Positions 29,401-40,200 of a stretch of 64,000 bases of DNA are shown here, in pieces. Origin of the DNA: a virus. A model generated the notes under the pieces. That model made no database searches. It worked only from the letters and a program-made list of their open reading frames with translations, and was not told the DNA's origin. Position 1 is the stretch's first letter. The number at the start of each line of letters is the position of its first letter. A program made the position numbers and the translations under genes. The DNA is taken from the IMG/VR virus record IMGVR_UViG_3300023180_006024. One strand, written 5' to 3'.

Positions 29401-29712
29401 TACACCTAAATATGAGTATGCAGCTTGTAGACCATATTCGTTTTGTTCGCCGCCGTGAATACTGTTGTTATTTTCGTCGGTATAAAATAGTGGATCACCA
29501 AAAGTCTCTGCAAGCTCTCTTTGTGAACTCATCACATAAACTTTACCTGCATTGGCTTTTGTTGTACCAGGCGCTATACCCGTACCGCCTGGATTTGATT
29601 TATTTTCCTTTGTTGCTACAAAGATAAGCGGTGTTGTGCCTGGTTCAGCCGGAGTGTAGAAACTCTCGTCTATTACTGAGACCTGAACACCTGGTGATGT
29701 CAATCCTGCCAT
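26431..29712 (-). CDS. gp18: Contractile tail sheath protein (enlarged, 1093 aa)
   Basis: LTSPGVQV, PWFAPAG.RRG, LYENNVNPI, GQKT, LDRVNVARL, FEPND, IEPTKAVEFIYI. Confidence 0.95.
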   Translation of the reverse strand: MAGLTSPGVQVSVIDESFYTPAEPGTTPLIFVATKENKSNPGGTGIAPGTTKANAGKVYVMSSQRELAETFGDPLFYTDENNNSIHGGEQNEYGLQAAYSYLGVANRAYIVRADLDLDGVTASATATAGKSADGAYWFDTNDSNYGMFEWNGEAATTTGGQAFTLITPIVITDTTKVVDYTGEDYTPKGSVGINGDYAVVAVTTTNKLWYKNSTGVWVEVGSTEWRASHPFLKGVNNNPTVTAGKTITVDLGSDSTGIQTDIVMSGTTLTDVVSDINGAGVGGLTAKAVNGYLHIFYTGAQADTVAIYGDDATLDALGLPADGAERALPKLAIAAHTAVPEWKSTDTTPRPTGSVWFKTTTPNSGANILVKTYNATADEWSEVEAPIYANNHTALKELDSTGGGANLAVGALYVMSNTSEATDALANFKIFRRANAGATTITSAVVGTGTFGGATYSFTLQETRKNSAALTNATVSWTATGVAADAEALASAINASGLTNVRASVTSDNRVTISHNIGGDIRITDTDGSIGTIFTPYVATNTASTKNLFYKPGTDSSSSPLEYLASNWDVLTYTAKDGEPTTTPADGALWYSSVVDEVDIMVHDGTNWKGYKNEYADMSPDGPIVSASEPTEQSDKSALVDGDIWVSTADLENYPMIYRYNGTSSKWVLLDKTDQTTENGVLFDDARYNTAGANSDEEGTIADLLTSDYLDPDAPDPALYPKGMILWNLRRSGFNVKRFERNYIDVDGENARQSDESMAGYHPHRWVTESANNLDGSGSFGRNAQRKVVVQALQAAVNNNDDIRDDERNVFNLIASPGYPELIGEMITLNTDRGLTAFVVGDSPMRLASDTTSLSEWATNKNLSAEDDKNGLVTSDEYLGVYYPSGFTSDNAGNNIVVPASHIALRTIALNDQVAYPWFAPAGTRRGGVTNATATGYINGEGEFVSIALNEGQRNILYENNVNPITFLNGAGLVVYGQKTRARNASALDRVNVARLVVYLRGQLKKLAKPYIFEPNDKFTRDEIKAAAESLMLELQSLRAIQDFLVVCDTTNNTPARIDRNELYVDIAIEPTKAVEFIYIPLRLKNTGEISGL

Positions 29713-29742
29713 TATTATTCTCCTTAAGGATGCTTATAGTAA

Positions 29743-29779
29743 TATTTAGCAGGTAATCCTAAAAACCACCGGTTTTTAG
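29743..29779 (-). promoter_or_regulatory. Hairpin (29759-29779) followed by late promoter CTAAATA and AAGGAG SD for the sheath gene
   Basis: CTAAAAACC-GGT-GGTTTTTAG, then CTAAATA. Confidence 0.6.
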
Positions 29780-29782
29780 CGG

Positions 29783-30292
29783 TTAAGTACGTCTATTATG
29801 TAAGAAAAATATTAAATCTGTTACCCAAAACTCTAGATCATCAACTGTTCCATTGTTGTCAATATGATAGTCTGCCATCCACGGTTCAATACTCATTGAG
29901 TCTTTTGATTCTGGTGGCAAATGATCACCTCGATCCACCCAGATAGCATAATCAAAAACACCAGTATTTTTCATTGCAAAAAATTCACGTTTATTACGCA
30001 AACCACAGTAAATATCGTGTGCTTTAAATATTTCTCTACCAAGTTTTGCAGCATCAGGATAGTTATAATCACAAATAGCATTATACCATTCTGCTCTATG
30101 ATTGTGTCTGTCTTTATAACATTCTTCTTCCGAAGTATAGTTATACTTCTTTTTTAACATATCATAGATGAACAGTTTAGAACAAAATGCACTACTACTT
30201 TCAAAACTATATCCGTGTTTATCTCTTAATATTTCGCAGACTGTATCTTTACCATGTCTACCGTGTCCGACAATCAATAACTTTTTTCGCAT
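29783..30292 (-). CDS. Deoxynucleoside monophosphate kinase-like protein
   Basis: GHGRHGKDT P-loop, GLRNKRE, DYHIDNNGT. Confidence 0.75.
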   Translation of the reverse strand: MRKKLLIVGHGRHGKDTVCEILRDKHGYSFESSSAFCSKLFIYDMLKKKYNYTSEEECYKDRHNHRAEWYNAICDYNYPDAAKLGREIFKAHDIYCGLRNKREFFAMKNTGVFDYAIWVDRGDHLPPESKDSMSIEPWMADYHIDNNGTVDDLEFWVTDLIFFLHNRRT

Positions 30293-30297
30293 AAGTT

Positions 30298-30326
30298 ATA
30301 TTACATTGATCGCATATATTTGTCAA
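30298..30326 (-). promoter_or_regulatory. Sigma70-type promoter TTGACA-N17-TAATAT, 5 nt before ATG (leaderless)
   Basis: Read directly from the sequence. Confidence 0.7.
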
Positions 30327-31087
30327 CCAATAGTAAATGCATATCCTGTGCCGCCTGCAACTGCTAAACTTGCTTCTGCTTCTAGTTTTTCCATTTCAGA
30401 CTGGGCTTCTGCTTTAAGACTCGCTCCATTAAGGCTAGTACCGCCTTGAGGACCTGCAATAGTAGCGAACTTTTCACGTGCTTCTCCTAACATGTATTTA
30501 CAAGCAGCTAGTGTATAATCTTTGATCCATTGTTTTGCAAGATAATCTTTGAGTATTTCGCTGTCTGGTCTATAGTTATAACACTCCATAAGAACTTCTT
30601 CACCTGCTCTTGGACGCTGTAAAATAGTTAGCTTTTTTGTTGTGGAGTTCCATGTAAACTCGATAAAACTACCAAACATACGTCCTACTAGTTCTTGTTG
30701 TTGTGCAAACAACTCGTATGTTGCTAAGCCGCCCATACCGCTTCCTGCAAGCAAATAGGTATTAGTGTAGGCAAGATTAAACGGTTCATACAATGTACCT
30801 CCGTCTCCGCCGCCGCTGCGTGAACCAACACTTCTACGAAAAATTTTATTTACTTCTGTGATTTCGTTTGGTAATGTATAATCGTTTTGATCTTCAACAA
30901 GTTTTAAACTTACATAACTTTCTTCTACACTATGATCGCTACGCATTCTATAACGTGTTAACGCTTTTGTTAAAGCAGTTTCATAATGTATTGGATCAAG
31001 TTCAACATCAACCATGCCTCCACCTAGAAAAGTGTGTGCATAATCGTATATTTCTTGTTTCTGAGTTACTAGGTTACTATCGGCCAT
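30323..31087 (-). CDS. gp13: Neck protein (gp13-like)
   Basis: LGGGMVDVELD, WIKDYTLA, KF..IAGPQGG.SLNG. Confidence 0.85.
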   Translation of the reverse strand: MADSNLVTQKQEIYDYAHTFLGGGMVDVELDPIHYETALTKALTRYRMRSDHSVEESYVSLKLVEDQNDYTLPNEITEVNKIFRRSVGSRSGGGDGGTLYEPFNLAYTNTYLLAGSGMGGLATYELFAQQQELVGRMFGSFIEFTWNSTTKKLTILQRPRAGEEVLMECYNYRPDSEILKDYLAKQWIKDYTLAACKYMLGEAREKFATIAGPQGGTSLNGASLKAEAQSEMEKLEAEASLAVAGGTGYAFTIG

Positions 31088-31103
31088 TTTTTATCTCCAA
31101 TAG

Positions 31104-31124
31104 TATTTATCGTATCGATAAATA
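31104..31124. promoter_or_regulatory. Palindromic back-to-back late promoters
   Basis: TATTTATCG-TAT-CGATAAATA, a perfect 9-bp inverted repeat. Confidence 0.75.
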
Positions 31125-31129
31125 TGTAT

Positions 31130-32284
31130 ATGCCAAGACTTAGCTTATATAGACCAAACAAAACAGCCGACTATGAGTTTTTAGATAAAGTTATCTACGA
31201 ACAGTTTAGTATTGGCGGAACTGACCTTTTTGTACACAAGTTTATAGGAACTGAAAATCCTACTGACGAAGATGCAACAGCAGACCAGCCACAGTATAGT
31301 ACTCAAAGTGAGAGAAATATTCAAGATATGTTATTCCTTGAAAATCGTGACAGAAAATATGATAAAGACATTTATACCATTAGGGGTATCTATAATGTTT
31401 CTGACACTGATTTTAATCTAAGTCAGTTTGGTTTATTTTTGCAAAATGACACATTGTTTATAACAATACATCAAAATGCTAGTGTTAAAACTTTAGGCAG
31501 AAAAATTATGAGTGGAGATGTTATAGAACTTCCCCATTTAGCTGATGAATATGCAGCAAACGATTACAGTGTTGCATTAAAAAGATTTTACGTTGTAGAA
31601 GATGTTAATCGTGCAGCAGAAGGTTTTTCACAAACTTGGTATCCGCATTTGTATAGATTAAAACTTAAACAAATGGTAGATAGTCAAGAGTTTAAAGACA
31701 TACTTGATCTTCCTGCAAATGACGATGCAGACAATACACTAAAAGACTTGTTAAGTACATTTGAAAAAGAAATGCAAATCAACAATGCAGTTGTTGCACA
31801 AGCAGAAGCAGATTCTGCTAAAAGTGGTGCCGATACTACACACTTGTATACTTTACAAGTTGACGAAAACGGAGTGCCCGAACTTAACACTGTCGATGTT
31901 ACAGACTTAGACGCATCTAGTAGTATAGAAGCTGATAGAATAAACAAAGCACCGGAAAGAACAGGATATACTGGTTACTTATTAGGCGACGGTATTCCTC
32001 CTAATGGCGAAGCATTTGGTAGTGGTATAACATTTCCTACAAATACGCATGTTGGCGATTATTTTTTACGCACTGACTTTTTGCCGAATAGACTATTTAG
32101 ATATGATGGAAGTAGATGGGTAAAAATGGAAGATGCAGTAAGACATACACTTTCTAACAGCGATACAAGAAATACACAGCGCACAGGATTTGTTAATAAC
32201 ACTAACGAAAGTAATATAGCAGGCGATACTGTAAAAGAAAGACAGAGCTTGAGTAAAGCACTCAAACCAAAGGCAGATAACTAA
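31130..32284 (+). CDS. Neck protein (gp14-like)
   Basis: LFLENRDRKY, LSQFGL, GDVIELP; start re-called at 31130. Confidence 0.7.
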   Translation: MPRLSLYRPNKTADYEFLDKVIYEQFSIGGTDLFVHKFIGTENPTDEDATADQPQYSTQSERNIQDMLFLENRDRKYDKDIYTIRGIYNVSDTDFNLSQFGLFLQNDTLFITIHQNASVKTLGRKIMSGDVIELPHLADEYAANDYSVALKRFYVVEDVNRAAEGFSQTWYPHLYRLKLKQMVDSQEFKDILDLPANDDADNTLKDLLSTFEKEMQINNAVVAQAEADSAKSGADTTHLYTLQVDENGVPELNTVDVTDLDASSSIEADRINKAPERTGYTGYLLGDGIPPNGEAFGSGITFPTNTHVGDYFLRTDFLPNRLFRYDGSRWVKMEDAVRHTLSNSDTRNTQRTGFVNNTNESNIAGDTVKERQSLSKALKPKADN

Positions 32285-33771
32285 TGCAACATTTTTATGA
32301 TGGACAGATTAGACGTTACATAACTCAAATTGTTAGATTGATGAGCGGATTTACCTATAAAACTAACGATGGAACTATATCAAGTATTCCTGTGATGTAC
32401 GGAGATATCACTAGACAAGTTGCCAACATCATAAGAGAAAATAGTGAAAATAAACTTCCATCGGTGCCACGCATAAGTGTTTATGTGACAAATTTAGAAA
32501 TGGACAGAAGTCGCTCAAGTGACGCAACATTTGTCAGTAAAATGAATATTAGAGAACGAGCATACGATAGTGATAATAATGAATATTTAAATACTCAAGG
32601 TAAAAACTATACTATTGAACGTCCTATGCCAAGTCCATATACACTAGGAGTAGCAGTTGATATATGGACAAGTAACACTGATCAAAAGTTACAAATATTA
32701 GAACAAATACTGATGTTATTTAATCCTAGTTTAGAAATACAAACAACAGATAACTATGTTGACTGGACTAGTTTAAGTGTAGTAAATCTAGATAGAGTAA
32801 ACTTTAGTAATAGAACTATACCAGTAGGTGTTGATAGCGAAATAGATGTAAGTTCGTTAGAGTTTAGTACACCTATATATATTAGCTTACCAGTAAAGGT
32901 AAAAAAGTTAGGCGTTGTAACAAATATTATTGCAAACATATTTAATGAAGCAACAGGAGATATTGACTTAGGCCAAAGTATGCCTGTACTTAGTGCATAT
33001 AGCGAAACTCCGCATCCTATTGAAAAAGTTGCAGATAGCAATCTTGATACAACAACAAGGGTAGACGATGTAACAAATAATAGAGTAACAACTTCAACAA
33101 CATTTAGAGATTATGGTGTTTATATTTTAGGAAATACTGCACAACTTGTTGATGGAAGAGATGTTGGCACTCATAACTGGAGAGAAGTCATTGAAGCATA
33201 TCCGGGGCAATATGTTGCAGATGTATCTAAAATAACATTACGTAAAGATAATACAGATAGTTTAATAGTTGGTACATTTACATTAAATGCAGTAAATGAG
33301 ACAAAACTTACTATAAACTGGGATTCAGATACTTTGCCAACAGGAGACGTAATAGAAGGACCTGCACGTAGTTCAAATAGTTTAACAAGCATAGATAAAA
33401 TAGTAGACCCATATAACTATAATCCAGCAACTGATAAAACTAGTGGATTTAGAGTATTGATATTAGATGATATAAATCCTAGCGATAATGTAGGACAGAA
33501 TGTAGGAGATACTCCATATAACTTTGCTTATGACGGGCCCGATGCATGGAAAAATGATGACGGTACAGATTTTGTTGCAGGAAAAAATGATATTATTGAA
33601 TGGGATGGTGCAAAATGGCACGTTGTATTTGATGCTAGTGCTACAACAACATTTACTAATACACAAAATCTTACAACTAATATTATCTACAAATGGACAG
33701 GCAGCGAATGGATACAAGCATATGAAGGCGAATATTCACATGGTAACTGGAATATCCAACTCGGTGGATAA
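32284..33771 (+). CDS. gp15: Tail terminator/sheath stabiliser (gp15-like)
   Basis: HFYDGQIRRY, IPVMYG, PSPY, QILEQILMLFNP. Confidence 0.8.
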   Translation: MQHFYDGQIRRYITQIVRLMSGFTYKTNDGTISSIPVMYGDITRQVANIIRENSENKLPSVPRISVYVTNLEMDRSRSSDATFVSKMNIRERAYDSDNNEYLNTQGKNYTIERPMPSPYTLGVAVDIWTSNTDQKLQILEQILMLFNPSLEIQTTDNYVDWTSLSVVNLDRVNFSNRTIPVGVDSEIDVSSLEFSTPIYISLPVKVKKLGVVTNIIANIFNEATGDIDLGQSMPVLSAYSETPHPIEKVADSNLDTTTRVDDVTNNRVTTSTTFRDYGVYILGNTAQLVDGRDVGTHNWREVIEAYPGQYVADVSKITLRKDNTDSLIVGTFTLNAVNETKLTINWDSDTLPTGDVIEGPARSSNSLTSIDKIVDPYNYNPATDKTSGFRVLILDDINPSDNVGQNVGDTPYNFAYDGPDAWKNDDGTDFVAGKNDIIEWDGAKWHVVFDASATTTFTNTQNLTTNIIYKWTGSEWIQAYEGEYSHGNWNIQLGG

Positions 33772-33779
33772 CTATTTGT

Positions 33780-34214
33780 ATGAAAAAGATAGTATGTAGT
33801 GGAGCTCTATTCTATACTCTCAACACTAGTAGATTTTTACTTTTACACAGAACTGCCAGTAAACATAATAATGTTTGGGGTTTAGTAGGCGGTACAAACG
33901 AAGAAAAAGAAACTCCATTTGAAGGTTTAACTAGAGAAATAGAAGAAGAAATAGGCTTCCTTCCTGAAATAAAAAAGACAATGCCTTTAGAAACATTTAT
34001 TAGTAAAGATGATCATTTTCATTTTCACACATATTTGTGCGTTGTAGAAAAAGAGTTTATTCCAAATCTAAATAATGAACATGATGGATATGCATGGGTA
34101 AGTTTTAGCAAATGGCCTAAACCATTACATCAAGGACTGACTAACACGCTTAGAAATAAAACGAATCAAAGAAAACTACAAACTGTTTTTGAAGTTGTCA
34201 AACTGTTGTCTTAA
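33780..34214 (+). CDS. Nudix hydrolase
   Basis: GG.NE.KETPFEGLTREIEEEIG Nudix box, LNNEHDGYAW. Confidence 0.9.
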   Translation: MKKIVCSGALFYTLNTSRFLLLHRTASKHNNVWGLVGGTNEEKETPFEGLTREIEEEIGFLPEIKKTMPLETFISKDDHFHFHTYLCVVEKEFIPNLNNEHDGYAWVSFSKWPKPLHQGLTNTLRNKTNQRKLQTVFEVVKLLS

Positions 34215-37200
34215 CCAATCAAAATCATTGATTTTGCGCAATGCTTCAAGATTGCCTCTATTATTTTCACCGTATTTTTTGCCGTGAATAGCACCACTAA
34301 TCGCTGCATCACCAAACAACTTATCTTTACCTCTTGTACACCAAGCATTTAATCTAAACTCGGTTTCATCGTCAAGTTGTCCGTCAATTGCTCTTGCACT
34401 TAATTTTACACATTCACGGAAGGCACTACGCCACGTACTAAACTCGTCTGTATTAAACTTGGTAATATTGGATACTCTATTAACAGTTTTAAACAACGGA
34501 CTAATGCTTGTAGTCATATCAGGCTTGCTTGTGTCCATGTTAATAGTAAGATCTCTTGGTAATAGTTTTACAGCACCATAACCATATATTAATCCATTAA
34601 TAGGATTTTGTGACTTCCACACATGCACAGTTTTTCTACTGTCAGGATCATATGCAGGTACATAGTAATCAAAGTTAAAGTTGTCAACAATTTGAGCATC
34701 TGCGTCTACAATCCAAATCATATCTGTTTCAGCTGTTTGTGCTGCCATAATATGAGCTTGGTGTATACCTTCAACTCCATGCACCCTATGTATAGTTCTT
34801 TCAGGAAACTTTTGTAATAAGTTTTCAAAGTTTTCATTTGCATGTTCTTCATCTTTACTAATAAACACAATATCATAAAGAGTTGGATAACTTGCAATAA
34901 CTTCGTGTTGTTTCTTATTTGTTAAGAAACGCATGTTTATTTCTCGCTCAGTAACCGGAACTTTTTTGCTTACAAGACTAATGCCGTCCCACGCATCGCC
35001 GTTTTTAAATACATGATTTGTATTTCTTTCAAACCATTGATTATGAGAAAAATACATATCAAAATCAAAGTTATCTGCAATATTTACTTCAGGCGGAATC
35101 ATCCAAAACATTTCTGTTTTTGATTTTTTGAGAGCATGTTCGTAATCACTGTAGGTGTTGATTATAAACTTTTCGTATTTAATTGGGCCACTAGCAACAA
35201 TATTCCATTCTTTTCTTTTAGCAACTAGTCTATGCTCAATCTCTTTTTGTGTTAAAGGTGAACGTTTTGTCAGCAAGAATAAGCCATTGTGTAAATCTTC
35301 GTTATTTACTTTGTGTACAAATGTATGATTAATACTTCTATCATAACTGTTATGATGACTAAAATACATAGTCAAATCAAAGTCGTTGTTTATTTTAATA
35401 TTAGGAGTAGTTGCCCAAAACATTTCGGTGCTCGAATCTTCTATAGCTTCAAGATAATCATCGTATGTTTCGATATTAAATATATCATACGGTTTAGGCT
35501 TACTTACTACTGTTTCCCATTTTTTACTATTTGCGTAAAATCTATTTTCTACTTCTTTCCTAGTAACAGGACTATGTTTTGTAAACAAAACAACACCGTC
35601 ATAATGTTCCCCATTTAAAAATACATGATTTGTTTCTCTGTCATACCTATTATCATGAGAAAAATAAATGTCAAAATCAAAGTCTAAAATATCTAGATCG
35701 CTTGGTACACCCCAGAACATTTCAGTTTTACATGTATCTAATGCAGTTAAATAATCATCATAACTATTGATAGTAAACTTGTTATACATTACGGATTTAC
35801 TTGCAACAGTATTCCATTCTTTGCCTGCGAGCAAGTGTCTATATTCAACTTCACGCTGTGTTACTGGTCTGTGCTTGCTAAACAAAAATAATCCATTACG
35901 TAGTTTTTTATCACCAACTTGATGAATAAAACTATGATTTTGTTTTCTGTCATAGTCATTATCGTGGCTGAAGTAAATGTTAAAGTCAAAATCGCTTGTA
36001 TCTATGTTATTACTGCATCCCCAAAACATCTCAGTATTAGACGATTCTAATGCATTAACATAATCCATGTAAGTTTCAATATTGAACTTATCGTACACAA
36101 CTTTTGTACTTGCTTCAATATCCCATTCTTTAGCGTTTACTATATGTCTATATAATATTTCTTTTTCAGTAACAGGTGTATGTTTACTGAGTAAAAACAA
36201 ACCATTATACATTTTTTTGCCATCTACATTATGAATAAATGCATGATTTGTTTTACGATCGTATTCATTATTCCAATCAAAAACTATACTAAAATCAAAG
36301 TTATCTGTATTAATGTTATGTGTTTTTGCCCAAAATAGTTCTGTTTTTGTGTTATCTACAGCAACTAGATAATCTTCATATGTATCAATATTGAATATAT
36401 CGTATTGTTTAGATTCACTTAAAATAATATCCCATTCTTTTCTTTTTACAATATGTTTATGTTCAACTTCTTTTTCTGTAACCGGAGAATGTTTACTGTA
36501 AAGTATTACTCCATTATAACTTGTTTGATTACCTTTGTGTAAGAACTGATGGTTAGTGTTTCTGTCATACTCGTTGTCATGAGTAAAATAAATATCTAAC
36601 GGTGCACATAACTTTGTATAACTCGATAAACCCCAGAACATTTCTGTTTGAGTTTTACTAAATGCTTCAACATAATCATCGTATGTATCAATAACAAAAC
36701 TATCGTATTGTTTTGCTTTTGTGCAAGGACTTTTCCATTGTTTCACATCTATGATATGTCTATATTCGATTTCTTTACTTGTAATAGGTTTGTTAATACT
36801 TAGAAGAAAAATACCATTATACTTGTCATCACAATGCAAAAAGGCATGATTCATATTTCGATCAAATACGTTGTCATGACTAAAATACAAACTATAATCA
36901 AAGTTAGAATCATCAACGTTTCTAGACGTAGCCCAAAACATTTCTGTTGTTGAGTTATCTAATGCTTCAAGATAATCGTCATAACTTTCAACAATAAACT
37001 TATCATAAGTTTTTGGTTTACTTGCTACAATATCCCAATACTTACATTCAGCAATGTGTCTATACTGGATTTCTTTTTCTGTTACAGGCTTGTTTATACT
37101 CATCAAAAACAAGCCATTGTATAGTTGTTCGTCTTTTACTTCATGTATAAATGCATGATTAATATTTCTATCATATTCGTTATCATGTGTAAAATAAATG

Positions 37201-40200
37201 TCAAAGTCAAAATCACTTGTATCGATATTTTTACTTGTCATCCAAAACATTTCAGTTTCGCATGTATCCATTGCAAACTTGTAATCTTGCCAGCTATCAA
37301 CTGTGTAAACTTCGTATTTTTTAGGTCCACTAGCAACAATATCCCATTCTTTTCGATTTACTAAAAACCTGTGTTCTACTTCTTTTTTACTAATAGGACA
37401 ATGTCTACTGATTAAAAATAAACCGTTATAATATTCTTTATCATCAACTACATGTTTAAATGCATGATTTATTTTTCTATCATACTGATTGTCATGACTA
37501 AAATAAACACTTGAAAAATCAAAATCACTAGTATCAATATTAGCACTACTCATCCAAAACATTTCTGGACCGTTATTATAAAATGCCATTTCGTAATCTT
37601 CAAAACTATCCACAATATACAAAGGATATGTGATAGGCTTACTTGCTATTGTTAGCCATTCTTTGACATTAATAATATGTCTATACTCTAACTCTTTAGG
37701 TGTAATAGGAGAATGCTTACTTAATAAGAATAATCCGTTGTAGAGAATATTACCATCTACGCCATGAGCAAATGCATGGTTGTGTGTTCTGTCATATGTA
37801 TTATCATGAGTAAAATAGATACTAGAAAAATCAAAACTACTTGTGTCTATATTTTCACTATCTGCCCAAAATAACTCCGTTGTGCTTTTTTCAAGTGCAA
37901 TTTTATAATCTTCATATGTTTCGATTATAAACTTGTCATATTGTTTTGCACCACTTGCAACAATATTCCAATGCTTTACATTTATTAAATGTCTGTACTC
38001 AATTTCTTTTTCAGTAACTATACAGTTCTTTGAAAATAAAAATATACCATTGTAAAAATCTTCATTGTCTACTCTGTGAATAAATGCATGATTAATATTT
38101 CTATCATATGTATTGTCATGAGAAAAGTATAAATCTTTTACCATGCCACTATAAAAGTCAACGTTGTTTGTTACACCCCAAAACATTTCTGTTTTTGTAT
38201 TTTCTAGTGCATTTAAATAATCTTGATATGTTTCTACAACAAACTCGTCGTATATCACAGGCTTACTTGCAATAATATTCCATTCTTTACGTTTTAGTAA
38301 GTGTTTGTGCTCAATCTCTTTTTGACTAACAGGATTGTGTATACTCATTAACCACAACCCATTATACAAGTCTTTGCCATTTACTTGATGTATAAATGCA
38401 TGATTTGTTTTACGATCATATTCGTTACTATGTTCAAAATACTGATTAAAATCAAAATCTATACTAATATTAGGAGATGTTGCATAAAACATTTCTGTTT
38501 TTGTATTATCTAAAGCATATAGATAATCTTCATATGTTTCAACATTAAAAATATCATAGGATACTGCGGTACTTAAAACAACATCCCATTCTTTACGTTT
38601 AGCAACAAATCTATGTTCGACTTCTTTTTTTGTAAGTTTTTTATTTTTGTTTATAAGATATAAACCTGTGCGGAAAGTATCATTATTTGCAGCATGTAAA
38701 AAACTATGATGTTGATTTCTATCTATTACACTGTGGTAGCTGATATAAAAGTTTTCAATAACATCATAATCTAGGATATTGAGATTTTTACTGCTCATCC
38801 AAAACAAGTCTGTTGTTGTATTTTCCACTGCATCTAAGTAATCTTGATAGTTGTCTACTTCAAAAATATCATAAGATTTTGGAAAACTTGCAACAATATT
38901 GTGCTCTTTCTTTTTTACAAAAAACCTATTGTTTATTTCTTTTTCGCTTAATGACACATTTTTACTAAGCAAGGCAATACCGTCATACATGTCATTGTTC
39001 AAAAATACATGCGTGATGTTTCTATCGTATTGATTGTGATAATTAAAGTATAAATCAAACTCAAAATCTGATTTAACAACAACATCATCAGGCACTGCCC
39101 AGAACATCTCTGTTGAACTACGCTCTAATGCTAGTTTGTAATCATCGTAGTTATTGACTACAAACTGATCAAACTTTTTTGGGCGGCTTGCTACCACCTC
39201 GTGCTCTTTTTTATGAGTGTAAAATCTATGTTCAAACTCTTTTTTAGAAACTTTAGCGTTTTTTGAAAACAGTGCAATACCGTCGTAACTTTGATCATTT
39301 AAAAAGACATGATTGATGTTGCGGTCAAACTTTACATGATGATCAAAGTATAAACCAAAATCAAAGTCGTCGTCTACTTCTACATCATTTGGAACATACC
39401 AAAACATTTCAGTTTTACTATTTTCTAATGCATGTAAATAATCATCATAACTGTTAATAATAGGTTTATCATAAGGTACAGGATTACTTGCAAGTATTTT
39501 TACTTCTTTTTTATTGATGTAAAATCTATGATCAACTTCTTTATCGGTTAGTTCATAAAATTTTGGTAAAAGAACAATACCATCTTGGCTGTCTCCGTTT
39601 CTAAACATATGAGCATATTTTTGACTCCAGTCGTCTGGCTGATATGAAAACTTGAAAATAGGAGTCACGTCAATATCATCTGGTACGATCCATAACATAT
39701 CAGTTTCACTCAATGCTTGTGCTGTATCAATAGCATCTACACATTGTGCATGTGGAAATCTATCAAGCAGTTTTTTATATTGTGTAGAGTTTTCATCTCC
39801 AATAAAAAACAAATCAAACTGCGATTTTCCTTGATAAACGTCATAAACTCCTGCAATATGATCGTGTTTTTCTCTAAGTTCAGTTGTAAATCTAGTAGGA
39901 CACAACTTACACCATTCATAGGTTTTTATTCTGTGACTAGATTTATAAACATAAGGAAATACTTGTACTTTTCCTTTTGCAGTTGGCCGAACATATAAAG
40001 GAAATGTGTCTAGTAAGTCTAAATCTTCATGTATAATCCATACCCACTCTGCTTGGTCTTTGTATTGTAATGCTTGAGTTTCGTCTTCTGGATTATCTGT
40101 CCTGTGAATAGGCCAGGTGTTTAAAAAATGATTTTTTAAAACGTCTTGACCATTATATACCTTTTTTCCAAATTTTTCAAACTTATCAAATGCTGTGCTC

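Noticed and set aside
34878-39473. Possible CRISPR array or DGR template/variable repeats
   Set aside because: Repeats are ~306-bp in-frame coding units diverged throughout; no identical short repeats with spacers, no adenine-specific pair noticed, no reverse transcriptase or cas genes
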